Shown here: positions 9,959 to 19,949 of the stretch, in pieces
Numbering within the stretch: the first letter of the stretch is position 1
How the letters are laid out: every line of letters starts with the position of its first letter
Source of the DNA: an uncultured archaeon
GTDB taxonomy: Archaea > Asgardarchaeota > Hermodarchaeia > Hermodarchaeales > Hermodarchaeaceae
Length of the DNA: 64,000 nt
Direction of reading: 5' to 3'
Assembly (NCBI GenBank): GCA_964347045.1
Contig: CAYFXC010000009.1
Span: 1-64,000 of the forward strand
The notes under the pieces: model-generated
Seen by the model: the letters and a program-made list of their open reading frames with translations, nothing else
Database searches by the model: none
Told to the model about the DNA's origin: nothing
Made by a program: the position numbers and the translations under genes

Positions 9959-10611
9959 CCAGTTAATCTTAGTTGAATTGGTTCAATTGGTAGTGCTGTA
10001 GTCCTTATAATGTGTCACAAAATGGTTGCCTTTGTGTTGATAGTAGCGTTTCCACTTTCTGGTATCTTCATCTTGATCATCAATCATTAACTACTCTCTG
10101 CTTCGTTATGGTTCGTTAATGCGTCCAATGCATTAAGTCAAAGTAAAAGTAACACCCAACCAAACCTCAACACTACAAAGCCATTCTGATTACAACGACC
10201 GCATGAACCAACCACCCTATCTTCTCTCTTTTTTAAGTGATCCTTTGTCTCCATTCAACAAAAATGAACACAAAGCACATTCAAACCTACGGGTCACACA
10301 ACTCAGCTATTTCCACAGCTCAACCTACATCACTATCTGCTTTTTTTCCTATAGTATCTTCAGAGGTGGCCATATGGTGGGGGTAGTTGGTCTTCTAGGA
10401 AGACTCGAATATTGTCTAAACAGTTGTGTTCAAGGTTAAGGCAATGAGTACACTACTTTTTTTTCAAATAATCGACTTAGTTGACCAAGTATATCTCGTC
10501 CATGATACAAAGTTGACATCTACTTTGGGTAAATTAGAAACGTCTAGTAAAATTGAAAGGGGATTACCTATAAACCGAAGCATAAATTAAATTCCGAAGA
10601 GATGCCCAATC

Positions 10612-11469
10612 GTGAAGTTCTTTTTAGGAGGATTAAGTAATTTATTCACTGAATTTACGCTTATTGAGAACCCAGTTAAAGAAGCCGACACACTTGACTT
10701 TTATGGAATATTAATGCCTGATCATTATATGTGGGGACAAATGGAATGGGCGCGACGCGCTGATACCAATACAACACTAGAAACATAGGTTGCCCTATCA
10801 TATCTTGCCGCAAAAACTGAAAGCATCAAATTAGGTACACTTGTTACACCAATTCCTTTTCGTCCACCCAGTCTTTTAGCAAAGATGGTTTCAACCCTTG
10901 ATGTCATTTCCAATGGTAGAGTTGTGTTAGGAGTTGGAGCAGGATGGTCACAGGTGGAATTTGAAGGGTACAGTGAATGGAATGAGGCTAAAATTCGTGT
11001 AGATAAAACCGCTGAGGGTCTTGATCTTGTGATTAAATTGTGGACAAAGAATGAAGTTTCTTTTAAAGGAGATTTTTAACAAACGAAAAAAGCCGTATTA
11101 GAACCGAAACCAGTTCAGAAACCTTACCCCCAACTCCTCTTTGGAGGAACAAAACACCGTATGCTTCGTCTCGCGGCTAAATATGGAGATATTATCTACA
11201 TCGCTCAATTTGGTGAAAGCGAATCCTATTTTGAGATGAAAAAGATTGTAATGACAGCAGCAAAGAAGGCAAAGCGTGAAAATAAGATTGCCTTTATGGT
11301 AGGTCCCTTGTACACAACTGATCCGTACAATTCTAAAGACTTTATCAAGCATGTTGAATCAGCAAAAGAAGCAGGGGCGAGTTATTTTTTAACATCTATA
11401 CCGCGAAACGCGAAATTCATTGATTCAGTCCACAGTTTTGCACAGGAAATAATTCCGTCATTCAGATGA
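10612..11469 (+). pseudogene. LLM-class (luciferase-like, possibly F420-dependent) oxidoreductase with two in-frame stops
   Basis: One frame from GTG 10612 reads MKFFLG..MPDHY..LET*VALSYLAAKTESIKLGTLVTP..RPPSLLAKMVSTLDVISNGRVVLGVGAGW..GDF*QT..PKPVQKPYP. Stops are TAG at 10786-10788 and TAA at 11077-11079. Confidence 0.88.
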
Positions 11470-11738
11470 ATGAATCAATATGCTATTAGCTACCCCATTC
11501 AGCAACAGCGAGAAAAAAGCTTGATTTTTTCGAATTCACTAATTTGACAAATTATTTGATAAAATACTCGAAATATGAGTAAAATTATTTCTGAGTTTAT
11601 ACTTCAAAATATTTTGATGGACGCTTGAGGTTTTTAGGATAATCTGCAATCTAGATTGTATTTGGTTTTGTTTTAGTTTTATTGAAATGAAGAGTATTAA
11701 GGCATTGAGACATCGAAGTTATGGGGTAATAGAATTCT

Positions 11739-12356
11739 ATGTCGCATTACTCAGGTATTGTTGAACGTCCAGAAACCAGTCAAAAGGTCTTAGCCTGTCT
11801 TGCTGAACATGTTAATGCACAAATGCATCAAGGTAGTTTTATGACCATAATTCACGTTGGTAATAGTGATTATATTCGCTTACTCCATATTTTGATAATC
11901 CAGCTACTTTTAAAAAAACGTCGAGTGTATGTTTTTGATTATCATCGTCGCATTAAAACGGTATATCTCCAGCAATTGCTTAGGCAACAGAACGCAAGTA
12001 GCACTAAGATTCTTCAAAACCTTCGACTACGAATCATTCTCGATGAGAACCATGCACTAGATGAACTTGTTCAATTACAACGCCGGACACCTTCTAAACG
12101 TAAACCACCTGTCTTCTTTGTTATTGATCCATCAGGTCTATTCGGACGGCTTAGAGGGGGCGTAAAACAATCTGCGGAAGCACTTCAATTCCAATATGAT
12201 GCTGCAAAAGTATTCGCCCAGAAGGGTTATGCTGTGGTTGTATCAGATTTTGGTGGTCGCCAATTTCATCGAATTGAATCAGTAGTCCCTGCTCAACTTG
12301 CCGAACCATCAACTATGATTCTTCAATTTCTCCCTCGGAGAATCATTCTCTATTGA
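11739..12356 (+). CDS. Hypothetical protein, possibly a degenerate RecA/RadA-like fold without Walker A
   Basis: VYVFD, FFVIDP (Walker B-like strand) and AVVVSD follow the RecA core strand order. There is no GKT. Confidence 0.45.
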   Translation: MSHYSGIVERPETSQKVLACLAEHVNAQMHQGSFMTIIHVGNSDYIRLLHILIIQLLLKKRRVYVFDYHRRIKTVYLQQLLRQQNASSTKILQNLRLRIILDENHALDELVQLQRRTPSKRKPPVFFVIDPSGLFGRLRGGVKQSAEALQFQYDAAKVFAQKGYAVVVSDFGGRQFHRIESVVPAQLAEPSTMILQFLPRRIILY

Positions 12357-12372
12357 AATTAATTTTCAGATA

Positions 12373-13401
12373 TTAGTCTTTGGTTGGTTGGCCACATTGT
12401 GTGCAAAAAACCAAATGTGGTTTCAATGGGTTGCCACAGTACTGGCAAAGGTTTCGATTTCCTTGCATAGTTCCATCTAATGGAATGTATCGATAGCGGG
12501 AAGGTTGGTGTTGACGACTCATGAATTGTTGGTGTTGTTTCTCACGGTAAGCACCACGTGCACCTGCAAAGAATGCCACAGAGAAAAGTGGGACTAAGGG
12601 AGCTACCATAGCTACAGGAACCTGGGTTAGAAAACTGAGTAAAACTGGACCGATAAACCCAAGGGAAATTCCATACAAACTTAGGACCACTTCAATATTC
12701 AAATAGATCGTAAGTCCTAGTACACCTGCAAAAAGGATCAAGAGATATCCCGTAACATGAGTGCTAAGAATGCGAATCCAGTGTTTAACTCGAAAGCCAA
12801 TGCTTAATGAAAATGCTTGAGTGAATGGAAAAGTACCTAAAACCAAAAGTAAGGGGAGAAAAAAGAAGAGAACCTGTATGAAAGGAACGATAATTGGAAT
12901 AACACTGACTAGGGTCAAAATCATGGATGTTACGAAGGCTGCGACAATGGTTGAACCAAGAGGAAAACGAATCTCATTCATTTCAGATGCGATTACACGT
13001 AATGAAGGCACAGTTTTGAAAACGTGATGTATCGCAATCGTCCCCAAAACGAAGGTTCCAAAGAAGACCACGAATTTCTGTACTAGACCCCAAATTGCGC
13101 TTGCAATTAGCAGGTCAAAGATTGATATCAAATCTGGGATTGGGGCGAAGAGTTCGTTGGTTATCAATATCTCTGCAGATGCTATCATTGAATTGACTGG
13201 GATCAATATCAATGATAATGTGAATCCTCCCAAGAAGAATACGAGTATAAGAAATCGAAATTCGTGACGTAAAAGGTAAATACTACGTTGAAATGCTTCA
13301 CCAAATGAGGCACTTGCATACCATTCTTCGACTCGGAAGGGCACCTCTACATTCGAGCTAATTATGGGCTTCTCGTCTTGTATGAGATTTGTGTCTGACA
13401 T
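12373..13401 (-). CDS. Polytopic membrane protein with a C-terminal zinc ribbon
   Basis: About 6 TM helices; C-terminal CQYCG...FCTQCG. Confidence 0.75.
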   Translation of the reverse strand: MSDTNLIQDEKPIISSNVEVPFRVEEWYASASFGEAFQRSIYLLRHEFRFLILVFFLGGFTLSLILIPVNSMIASAEILITNELFAPIPDLISIFDLLIASAIWGLVQKFVVFFGTFVLGTIAIHHVFKTVPSLRVIASEMNEIRFPLGSTIVAAFVTSMILTLVSVIPIIVPFIQVLFFFLPLLLVLGTFPFTQAFSLSIGFRVKHWIRILSTHVTGYLLILFAGVLGLTIYLNIEVVLSLYGISLGFIGPVLLSFLTQVPVAMVAPLVPLFSVAFFAGARGAYREKQHQQFMSRQHQPSRYRYIPLDGTMQGNRNLCQYCGNPLKPHLVFCTQCGQPTKD

Positions 13402-13570
13402 ATTGATGCCTTATTTGAGATTATGTTTGGTATCTGCGAATGAGAACATCTTAAACTTGATGGTCTCGCCCTAGCGTTCTTGAGAAACTCGGAAATCAAA
13501 AAGAATAAGATATAGCGTTGTCAATTTCTCAATCAACCTGTGTAATTGATTCATGATTTGAGAGCGGATC

Positions 13571-15127
13571 TTGATGTCAAAACGTCTTATGATTAATGAT
13601 TCATGGGTTCTTGAAAGAGAAGGATCGTTCAGCCCCAGTTTTTCTGGATTTATATCAGGAATTATTGGTGGCGCAAAATTAACTGACACAATAAAGACAG
13701 GCTTGAATGTTGCACGTGCAGCGACTGATTTTGGAGATACTGGGTTTCTAAAACCAATGCTCGATATAATACAGAGCACTTTAGGCCTTGAGCTCACAGC
13801 GAAAGCGCGAGCAAAACAGCAAAGGAAACTTACCAAGGCACAGGAACTAGCCAGTAAAAAAATCGATGCCATTGAACAACGCCAACAAAAAAAGTTAGAG
13901 GAAAAGCTTCGAGAGAAGATAGGCAAATTAGACATTTTAGAAAAACGAATGGTTCAAATGGAAGCAAATATAGGCGATATAGAAAACACAATTGGACAAC
14001 GCCTCGCCCAGCAATTGTTTAGCACAAATATGGATTCGTTAGTGGAGGCTCTCTATTCGGTTGCTAAAGAACGTGGAATTACCAACAAGGAAATTCTCAA
14101 TATTATTCGTGCGCTTCCTGAATTTGAAGCATTAATGTATATCATGAACGTTCGCAAATTCTACCGCGATCACACTGCCCATTCTCTTCGCGTTGCTGCT
14201 TTGGGTGATTTCCTTCTTGATAAGAAAGGATTGGCTGGTGGAATAGAAGGCTTCATTATGGACAAACTACAGTTCACCAAAGAAGAAGTCCGAACTACAT
14301 GGTGGTTCACTGGGTTGCTTCATGACATTGGTACACCCTTAGCTAAATTGTCCACTTCACTCAATTGGTCATTAATCAATGAAATGACCCGCTGCTATTC
14401 ACCTCTTGGCATTGACTTCTATCCACTTCAAATTAGTGTGGAACATCCTGACCTAGGGAACCGGAGCTATCTAAAACTCCTTAGTGAGGGATTTCCCAAG
14501 GGTTGGCAAAAAATAATATCAAATGGTTTGGGAGACACTCAAAGAATTCCCAGTTCTTTTAGGTATTTAACTCGAAAACGAAAACGAACTGAATACCAAC
14601 CTACTTCTTCAGGACTAGATCATGGCGTTATTGCCGCTGTAACATTACTTCGTTCATTGGGTTCGCCAGAAGATGTCAAAGAAAAATACTCTGAGAATCG
14701 ACCATTAATAGAAGCTGCTCGTGCAATCGCATTACATGATAACATTGAAAAATTAAAGCCACTTCCCTTTGAGGAGTATCCACTTCTCTTTCTACTCGCA
14801 GTTTGTGATGAATTACAGGAATGGAGTCGACCAATTCCTGTTACTACAGAAGATAGCTATTTCACAACGGCCCTCCAAAAGGTGACATTAACGGATGCGA
14901 TTTTCCATAACATCGACCTCGAATTATGGGATATTCCCTTTATGAATGCTCATGCAAAATCTCTCATGAAATTTAATTTCAAGCGAATACATACAGAAAA
15001 AGAAACGAAACTTAAGGGACTTGATTGTACTGAACAATTTCCTGAAACGGATATGCTTCTAGTAGATTTTAACAAGGAAAAGTCTGAAGTCATCGATAAA
15101 TGGGAAATTAAAATTCAATCTCGCTAG
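13571..15127 (+). CDS. HD-domain phosphohydrolase (HD-CE-like) with an N-terminal coiled coil
   Basis: YRDHTAHSLRV, GLLHDIG, DHG, AIALHD, LLAVCDELQEW. Confidence 0.75.
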   Translation: MMSKRLMINDSWVLEREGSFSPSFSGFISGIIGGAKLTDTIKTGLNVARAATDFGDTGFLKPMLDIIQSTLGLELTAKARAKQQRKLTKAQELASKKIDAIEQRQQKKLEEKLREKIGKLDILEKRMVQMEANIGDIENTIGQRLAQQLFSTNMDSLVEALYSVAKERGITNKEILNIIRALPEFEALMYIMNVRKFYRDHTAHSLRVAALGDFLLDKKGLAGGIEGFIMDKLQFTKEEVRTTWWFTGLLHDIGTPLAKLSTSLNWSLINEMTRCYSPLGIDFYPLQISVEHPDLGNRSYLKLLSEGFPKGWQKIISNGLGDTQRIPSSFRYLTRKRKRTEYQPTSSGLDHGVIAAVTLLRSLGSPEDVKEKYSENRPLIEAARAIALHDNIEKLKPLPFEEYPLLFLLAVCDELQEWSRPIPVTTEDSYFTTALQKVTLTDAIFHNIDLELWDIPFMNAHAKSLMKFNFKRIHTEKETKLKGLDCTEQFPETDMLLVDFNKEKSEVIDKWEIKIQSR

Positions 15128-15699
15128 GATGCAAAAGATGAATAAATGAACGGATGTAGTTTTTCTCGAAGTTCAGCTAATCGATTGTATATTAATAGAC
15201 GTGTTACCTGATCAAACAATTCGCCAACGTTTTCTCCTGATCGAGCTGAGGTTTCAAAGTAGTTGTCAAATTCTAAGTTGATGTGCCGTTGATATGCTTC
15301 AGCTACGGATATCATACGTTTAGAGGCTAAATCAACCTTATTGCCGACCAAAACGCTGGGGGCCTCGTCAGGTACTGCTTGACGGAAGGCTTGCAACCAG
15401 CCTTCAACATTATCAAAAGTATCTGCTCGTGTTAAATCGAAGGTTACAACTACTGCATCGCTTCCTAACAAGAACAACTTTCGAACACTTTCGAATCGAG
15501 GTTGACCCGCCAAATCCCAGATTATTAATCGAATTAGCACATCACCCACGATAATCTCGGAACAATTGAGTTGTGTTCCGAGTGTCTGGTGATATGAATG
15601 CTCAAAGGTTTTTGCGATGAAGCGGTTAATGATGCTGGTTTTGCCGACCATCGGGTCCCCAATGATTACTAACTTGAAGGTGTGTTCATTTAGTGACAT
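15124..15699 (-). CDS. Rab/Ras-superfamily small GTPase
   Basis: G1 GDPMVGKT, G3 WDLAGQ, G4 NKVD, G5 ETSAR. Confidence 0.92.
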   Translation of the reverse strand: MSLNEHTFKLVIIGDPMVGKTSIINRFIAKTFEHSYHQTLGTQLNCSEIIVGDVLIRLIIWDLAGQPRFESVRKLFLLGSDAVVVTFDLTRADTFDNVEGWLQAFRQAVPDEAPSVLVGNKVDLASKRMISVAEAYQRHINLEFDNYFETSARSGENVGELFDQVTRLLIYNRLAELREKLHPFIYSSFAS

Positions 15700-15970
15700 G
15701 GGGAGTCGCCTGGCTTTTACGCATTCTTTTTCTAGTCGTCTTGATTGGAAATTTAAATTATGTTAATACGTGCTACCAAACAAGCAACGTTCCCTAAATG
15801 GCTTTTCCTCGCCTAATGAACTACTTTTACGCATTTTGGCTTTGGTTTGAATACATTCCAAAAGAGATGTGATGTAAGTTAGTGGCGCAAAAACATGTAA
15901 GGGGTATTGGACCTATCACTGCGATATATTTAAGCTGAAAAAGTCGTAGTGCCTTGCAGGAGTTTCGATA

Positions 15971-17299
15971 GTGACTATCCAAATTGATGATGCTGGCTGG
16001 GGTGATCCCATTGGTGGTGTACTCATCGGTATATATCGAGTTGAAACTAGTGAGTATGTCGTTAAAGAGATTGAAGTCACCTATTTCCAAGAACCGAATT
16101 TTGCTGAAAAAACCTTCTTAATCCGTGGTCTTGAATTAGTCTTGGAAGCTCTGACCTGTATGCGTGTATCCAAAGATGAGTCAATTCAGGTGTGTCGTGG
16201 TATAGTATTAGACGGAGTTCGGGATGGGTTAAAAGCTCATGGATATGAGGTAATTCCCACAAAGATTGAGGGACAACTTCAAGAATTGGTTGAAGCAAAT
16301 TTAGTGACCTCCTTAGAAAAGCTTGGACTTTATGATGTTCCACGAGTCAGTGGGAAAGAACGCTTCTTTCTACAACTTGAATGGATACAAGACGACTTAG
16401 AACATCGTGAAAAATTTGTAAAAACAGGTTGGAAAAACTGGTCTAAGAAACTTCGAAATTGGCGACCAAAATGGCGACAATCGCAGCAAAGAATTCATGT
16501 TCCTCCCATTATTATCAAATTGGGTGGCAGCATCATTTCGGATAAGACAAAACGCTCAACAGCTCGTATAGATACGATAAAGCAATTGGTTAAGGAGATA
16601 TCTTCAATAAAATCCCATCCAATCGTGGTTGTGCATGGTGGTGGGTCCTTTGGTCATTTTCCTGCAAAAGCATATGAAATACATCGTGGAGGCCGGAGCC
16701 GGAAAAAGAAAGTGGGTGTCACTGAAACGGCATTAGAAATGACCAATCTTGGGAACCTTATCCATTCCGCCTTCCTTGAATTTCAGCAACCTGCCATTCC
16801 CATCCGGTCCTCTTCTATCATTGTATCGCTCGATGGGAGAATTTCCCATATGGATCTTCAAGCGTTGCAAGAATTCTTACGCCAAGGATTTATACCAATT
16901 CTATCTGGTGATGTTGCTGCAGATACGGTAACAGGTTTCACTATTGTGAGCGGGGATCAGATCTCAATGTATCTGGCCCGGTTATTAAATGCTAAAAAAG
17001 TAATTTTCGCGACAGACGTTGAAGGTCTGTATACTGCTGATCCAAAAGAGGACCCTAGGGCTCGTCGATTTGATCTTATTACTTCTGAAATTCTTCAGGA
17101 GGTACTGGATGAAATTGCCGTAGGTGAGGCTTCAGATGCTACAGATGTTACGGAAGGAATGCGTGGAAAACTCTCTGAAATATTCAAAGGTCTTCCTAAA
17201 GGATGTGAAGTCATTATCACAGATATTCGCAAACCTGGTACATTGAAACGAATTATTGCTGGAAAATCTGTGCCTGCTACACGGCTTCGTCAGAGTTGA
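15971..17299 (+). CDS. ipk: Fusion of an RNase HII-like N-terminal domain and isopentenyl phosphate kinase
   Basis: N-terminus IQIDDAGWGDPIGG resembles the RNase HII DEAGRG motif. C-terminal half has IKLGGSIISDK, VVHGGGSFGH, SGDQI, TDVEGLY and DVTEGMRGKL. Confidence 0.8.
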   Translation: MTIQIDDAGWGDPIGGVLIGIYRVETSEYVVKEIEVTYFQEPNFAEKTFLIRGLELVLEALTCMRVSKDESIQVCRGIVLDGVRDGLKAHGYEVIPTKIEGQLQELVEANLVTSLEKLGLYDVPRVSGKERFFLQLEWIQDDLEHREKFVKTGWKNWSKKLRNWRPKWRQSQQRIHVPPIIIKLGGSIISDKTKRSTARIDTIKQLVKEISSIKSHPIVVVHGGGSFGHFPAKAYEIHRGGRSRKKKVGVTETALEMTNLGNLIHSAFLEFQQPAIPIRSSSIIVSLDGRISHMDLQALQEFLRQGFIPILSGDVAADTVTGFTIVSGDQISMYLARLLNAKKVIFATDVEGLYTADPKEDPRARRFDLITSEILQEVLDEIAVGEASDATDVTEGMRGKLSEIFKGLPKGCEVIITDIRKPGTLKRIIAGKSVPATRLRQS

Positions 17300-17378
17300 T
17301 CCTCTTCTTCTTTAAGTGGGGAAAATGTATAAACTCTAAAACCTTTCACAAGAACTGGTCCATGAGGTGAATCTCTAA

Positions 17379-18035
17379 ATGTTTTCTTTCACCTATTATG
17401 GTTATGCGGCAATTCTTTTACACTTAGAGAAGCACATCCTTTTCGACCCAGGAATTATTGAAAACGTACCTCTGATTGATGTAGAAAAAATCAATGCCTC
17501 CTATGTGCTCGTTACTCATACGCCCATTGAGCACTTTGGAAATGCTGTTACTTTAGCAAATGATAAGGGAAGTGTTCTAATTGGAAATAATGCTGTTTGT
17601 GATCAAGCTCGAAAAGATGGTATCTACGGATACGCGATTTTGGAGCTTGATACAAATCAATCCATAGAGGTTGGTGCCAACATCCAAATAACTGGCTATG
17701 ATCTACCACGGAGTGGATTTCTCGCACCAAAGAACACAGCGTTCTTCGTAAGAAGTGTACAAGGTTCGGTTCTCCATCTGGGACATCCAAAAGAAGTGGG
17801 TCCAGTAGCTGAAATAAGACCCGATCTACTCTGTGTACCAGTAGCTGGTAAGAAACGCGGAACATTTTCACCTGAAGCTGCAGTTGAAGCAACTATGGCA
17901 ATTCATCCACGTTACGCCTTGCCTATTAGCGGAACACCAAGTCAAACCAATCAGTTCTCGGAGCAACTTGGTAATAAGGAAATTGACATTATCCCAGTAA
18001 CATTGTCTGTTGGTCAATCATATACGCTAGTTTAG
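17379..18035 (+). CDS. Metallo-beta-lactamase-fold protein (UPF0173-like) with degenerate metal ligands
   Basis: ILFDP; VTHTPIEH in place of THxHxDH; LHLGH in place of HxGD. Confidence 0.65.
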   Translation: MFSFTYYGYAAILLHLEKHILFDPGIIENVPLIDVEKINASYVLVTHTPIEHFGNAVTLANDKGSVLIGNNAVCDQARKDGIYGYAILELDTNQSIEVGANIQITGYDLPRSGFLAPKNTAFFVRSVQGSVLHLGHPKEVGPVAEIRPDLLCVPVAGKKRGTFSPEAAVEATMAIHPRYALPISGTPSQTNQFSEQLGNKEIDIIPVTLSVGQSYTLV

Positions 18036-18051
18036 TCAAATGTACAGTCTA

Positions 18052-18864
18052 TTAGGGCTTTAATAACCGGCTGTATAAATCCACACGTCGATCTTCGATG
18101 ATGTGGTTAGTTTTGGTAAAAAACTTATTACGCGCTTGTTTGGGGTCTATTTCTATGATGATAAGCCCAGTACGGTTTGTTCCGCTCCGAGTAAGTACTA
18201 AGCCCTTAGTATCTGTGATTTGACTTCGCCCAGTAAATGTCAAGTTTCGTTCAGTACCAATTCGGTTTGCTAGAATTGTAAAAATTCGGTTTTCAATGCT
18301 TCTTGCAATCATTGTCCTTTGAGCGTATGGCAGAACAAGATTAGCTGGTAGACAAAGAATCTCACACCCTTCTAAAGTAAGAATACGTGAAGCTTCGGGA
18401 AATACCCAATCGAAACAAACCAAACAGCCGATTGTCGCTTTAGGAGTTTTCCACACTTTAGGTGGTTTTTCTCCTGGTTGAAACCATTCTTTTTCGCGAG
18501 CGAACAAGTGGATTTTACGATATTGTCCCAAATAACCTTTAGGGCTCACTATCACTGCTGAATTGTATATCTGATTCATAGGACCAAGTTCTGGGATACC
18601 TGCGACAAGCGTCATATCATGTTGATTAGCAAGGTCAATCAACAGTGTTGTAGTAGGACCATCAGGGACATGTTCGGCAAGAAACCGAACCTGATTTTTT
18701 GACGTAAAGTTATAACCAGATACACACAGTTCAGGAAATACTAACAAATCCGTTTCTTGAGTAGCTGCTTTTTTACAATAACGTTTGAGCAAGCTTCGGT
18801 TTTTTTCGGGCTGAGCGAATCGAGGATAAATTTGTGCTGCTGCGACTTTCAAATTGCTCACCAT
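18052..18864 (-). CDS. Nitrilase-family carbon-nitrogen hydrolase
   Basis: Catalytic triad motifs LVFPEL, YRKIHLF, VCFDW.FPE. Confidence 0.92.
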   Translation of the reverse strand: MVSNLKVAAAQIYPRFAQPEKNRSLLKRYCKKAATQETDLLVFPELCVSGYNFTSKNQVRFLAEHVPDGPTTTLLIDLANQHDMTLVAGIPELGPMNQIYNSAVIVSPKGYLGQYRKIHLFAREKEWFQPGEKPPKVWKTPKATIGCLVCFDWVFPEASRILTLEGCEILCLPANLVLPYAQRTMIARSIENRIFTILANRIGTERNLTFTGRSQITDTKGLVLTRSGTNRTGLIIIEIDPKQARNKFFTKTNHIIEDRRVDLYSRLLKP

Positions 18865-19240
18865 CCTAAATTTCTACTCAGATGTATTTCAGGGTTCCTC
18901 CACGTAATTGGAAAGAGCTAGACAATTTCTTGGCGAATGTCATCGTAATTGATGAGTTCTAAACTGAAATGTTCTTTGACCTAAGAAAGGACTTCATCTG
19001 TCAGATGTATTTCCTACAAAGATGGTTTCAAATAGAAATGAATAGAGTTATAGGGCACGCAATTGGTTGCACGAAATTTTACTGCCCACATAACCTTTAT
19101 GTGCATCTTCGTGTGAGCTAAAACTTGCATCCTTGCATAAGCAATCCTTGTAATTGCAATAACAGGTTGATTAGGTAGATTCCTTGATAGGGGAAAACGA
19201 AAACTGAACCCTAAACTGCGGAAAATAAGAGGCAGTAACA

Positions 19241-19792
19241 GTGATTGGGGTACTAAAAATTGTCCTTGTTGGCGAAGGTGGAGTGGGTAAAACAAGTCTT
19301 CTCAAAAGGTATACGTGGAACACTTTTGATGAAAGCATGAAACTCACCGTAGGAGTTGACTTTGCTGCTAAGAATATCCAAAAGGATGATTGGGTTGCAA
19401 CATTGCAAATATGGGACTTGGGAGGTCAGATACGTTTCAGGGATCTTGCGATTTCGTATTTTCGAGGGGCGCGATTGGGTATAGCAGTTTTCGATATATC
19501 AAGCCGGTATACAATGGAACGGTTGAATGATTGGATTATCAGTCTTTATGAATCCGTACGCAATTGTCCATTAGTTATTGTCGGTAATAAAAGCGATTTA
19601 CGCGATACGCTTGGAAGAACAAGACCCTTAGTCACACTTCAAGAAGGAATTGAATATGCTGCACAATACAATGCTCCTTTTGTCGAGGCTTCTGCAAAAG
19701 ATGGTCGCGGAGTTCAGGAAGTATTTGATACGGTCACACAAATTTTAGCTGAACGGTATCCCAATCGAGAAGCTGCAGGTATGGCATTTTAA
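19241..19792 (+). CDS. Rab-like small GTPase
   Basis: GEGGVGKTS, TVGVDF, LQIWDLGGQ.RF, SYFRGA, GNKSD, EASAK. Confidence 0.93.
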   Translation: MIGVLKIVLVGEGGVGKTSLLKRYTWNTFDESMKLTVGVDFAAKNIQKDDWVATLQIWDLGGQIRFRDLAISYFRGARLGIAVFDISSRYTMERLNDWIISLYESVRNCPLVIVGNKSDLRDTLGRTRPLVTLQEGIEYAAQYNAPFVEASAKDGRGVQEVFDTVTQILAERYPNREAAGMAF

Positions 19793-19949
19793 TCATCATT
19801 GTTTTGTAGCAAATTGAAAAAAGAAAAAGAATTGAACAAAAACCGTGTATTCTGAGTGTGACTATACATCAAAATGAGAGAACAAGTGACAAATATTCTG
19901 AACACCTTTGAAAACTTTCTTTGATACTTTCGCAACCATATTATGAAAG

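Noticed and set aside
10786-10788. Pyrrolysine or stop-codon recoding at the in-frame TAG
   Set aside because: The position corresponds to a conserved Trp (TGG to TAG), the same gene also has a TAA, and many genes in the window end in TAG.
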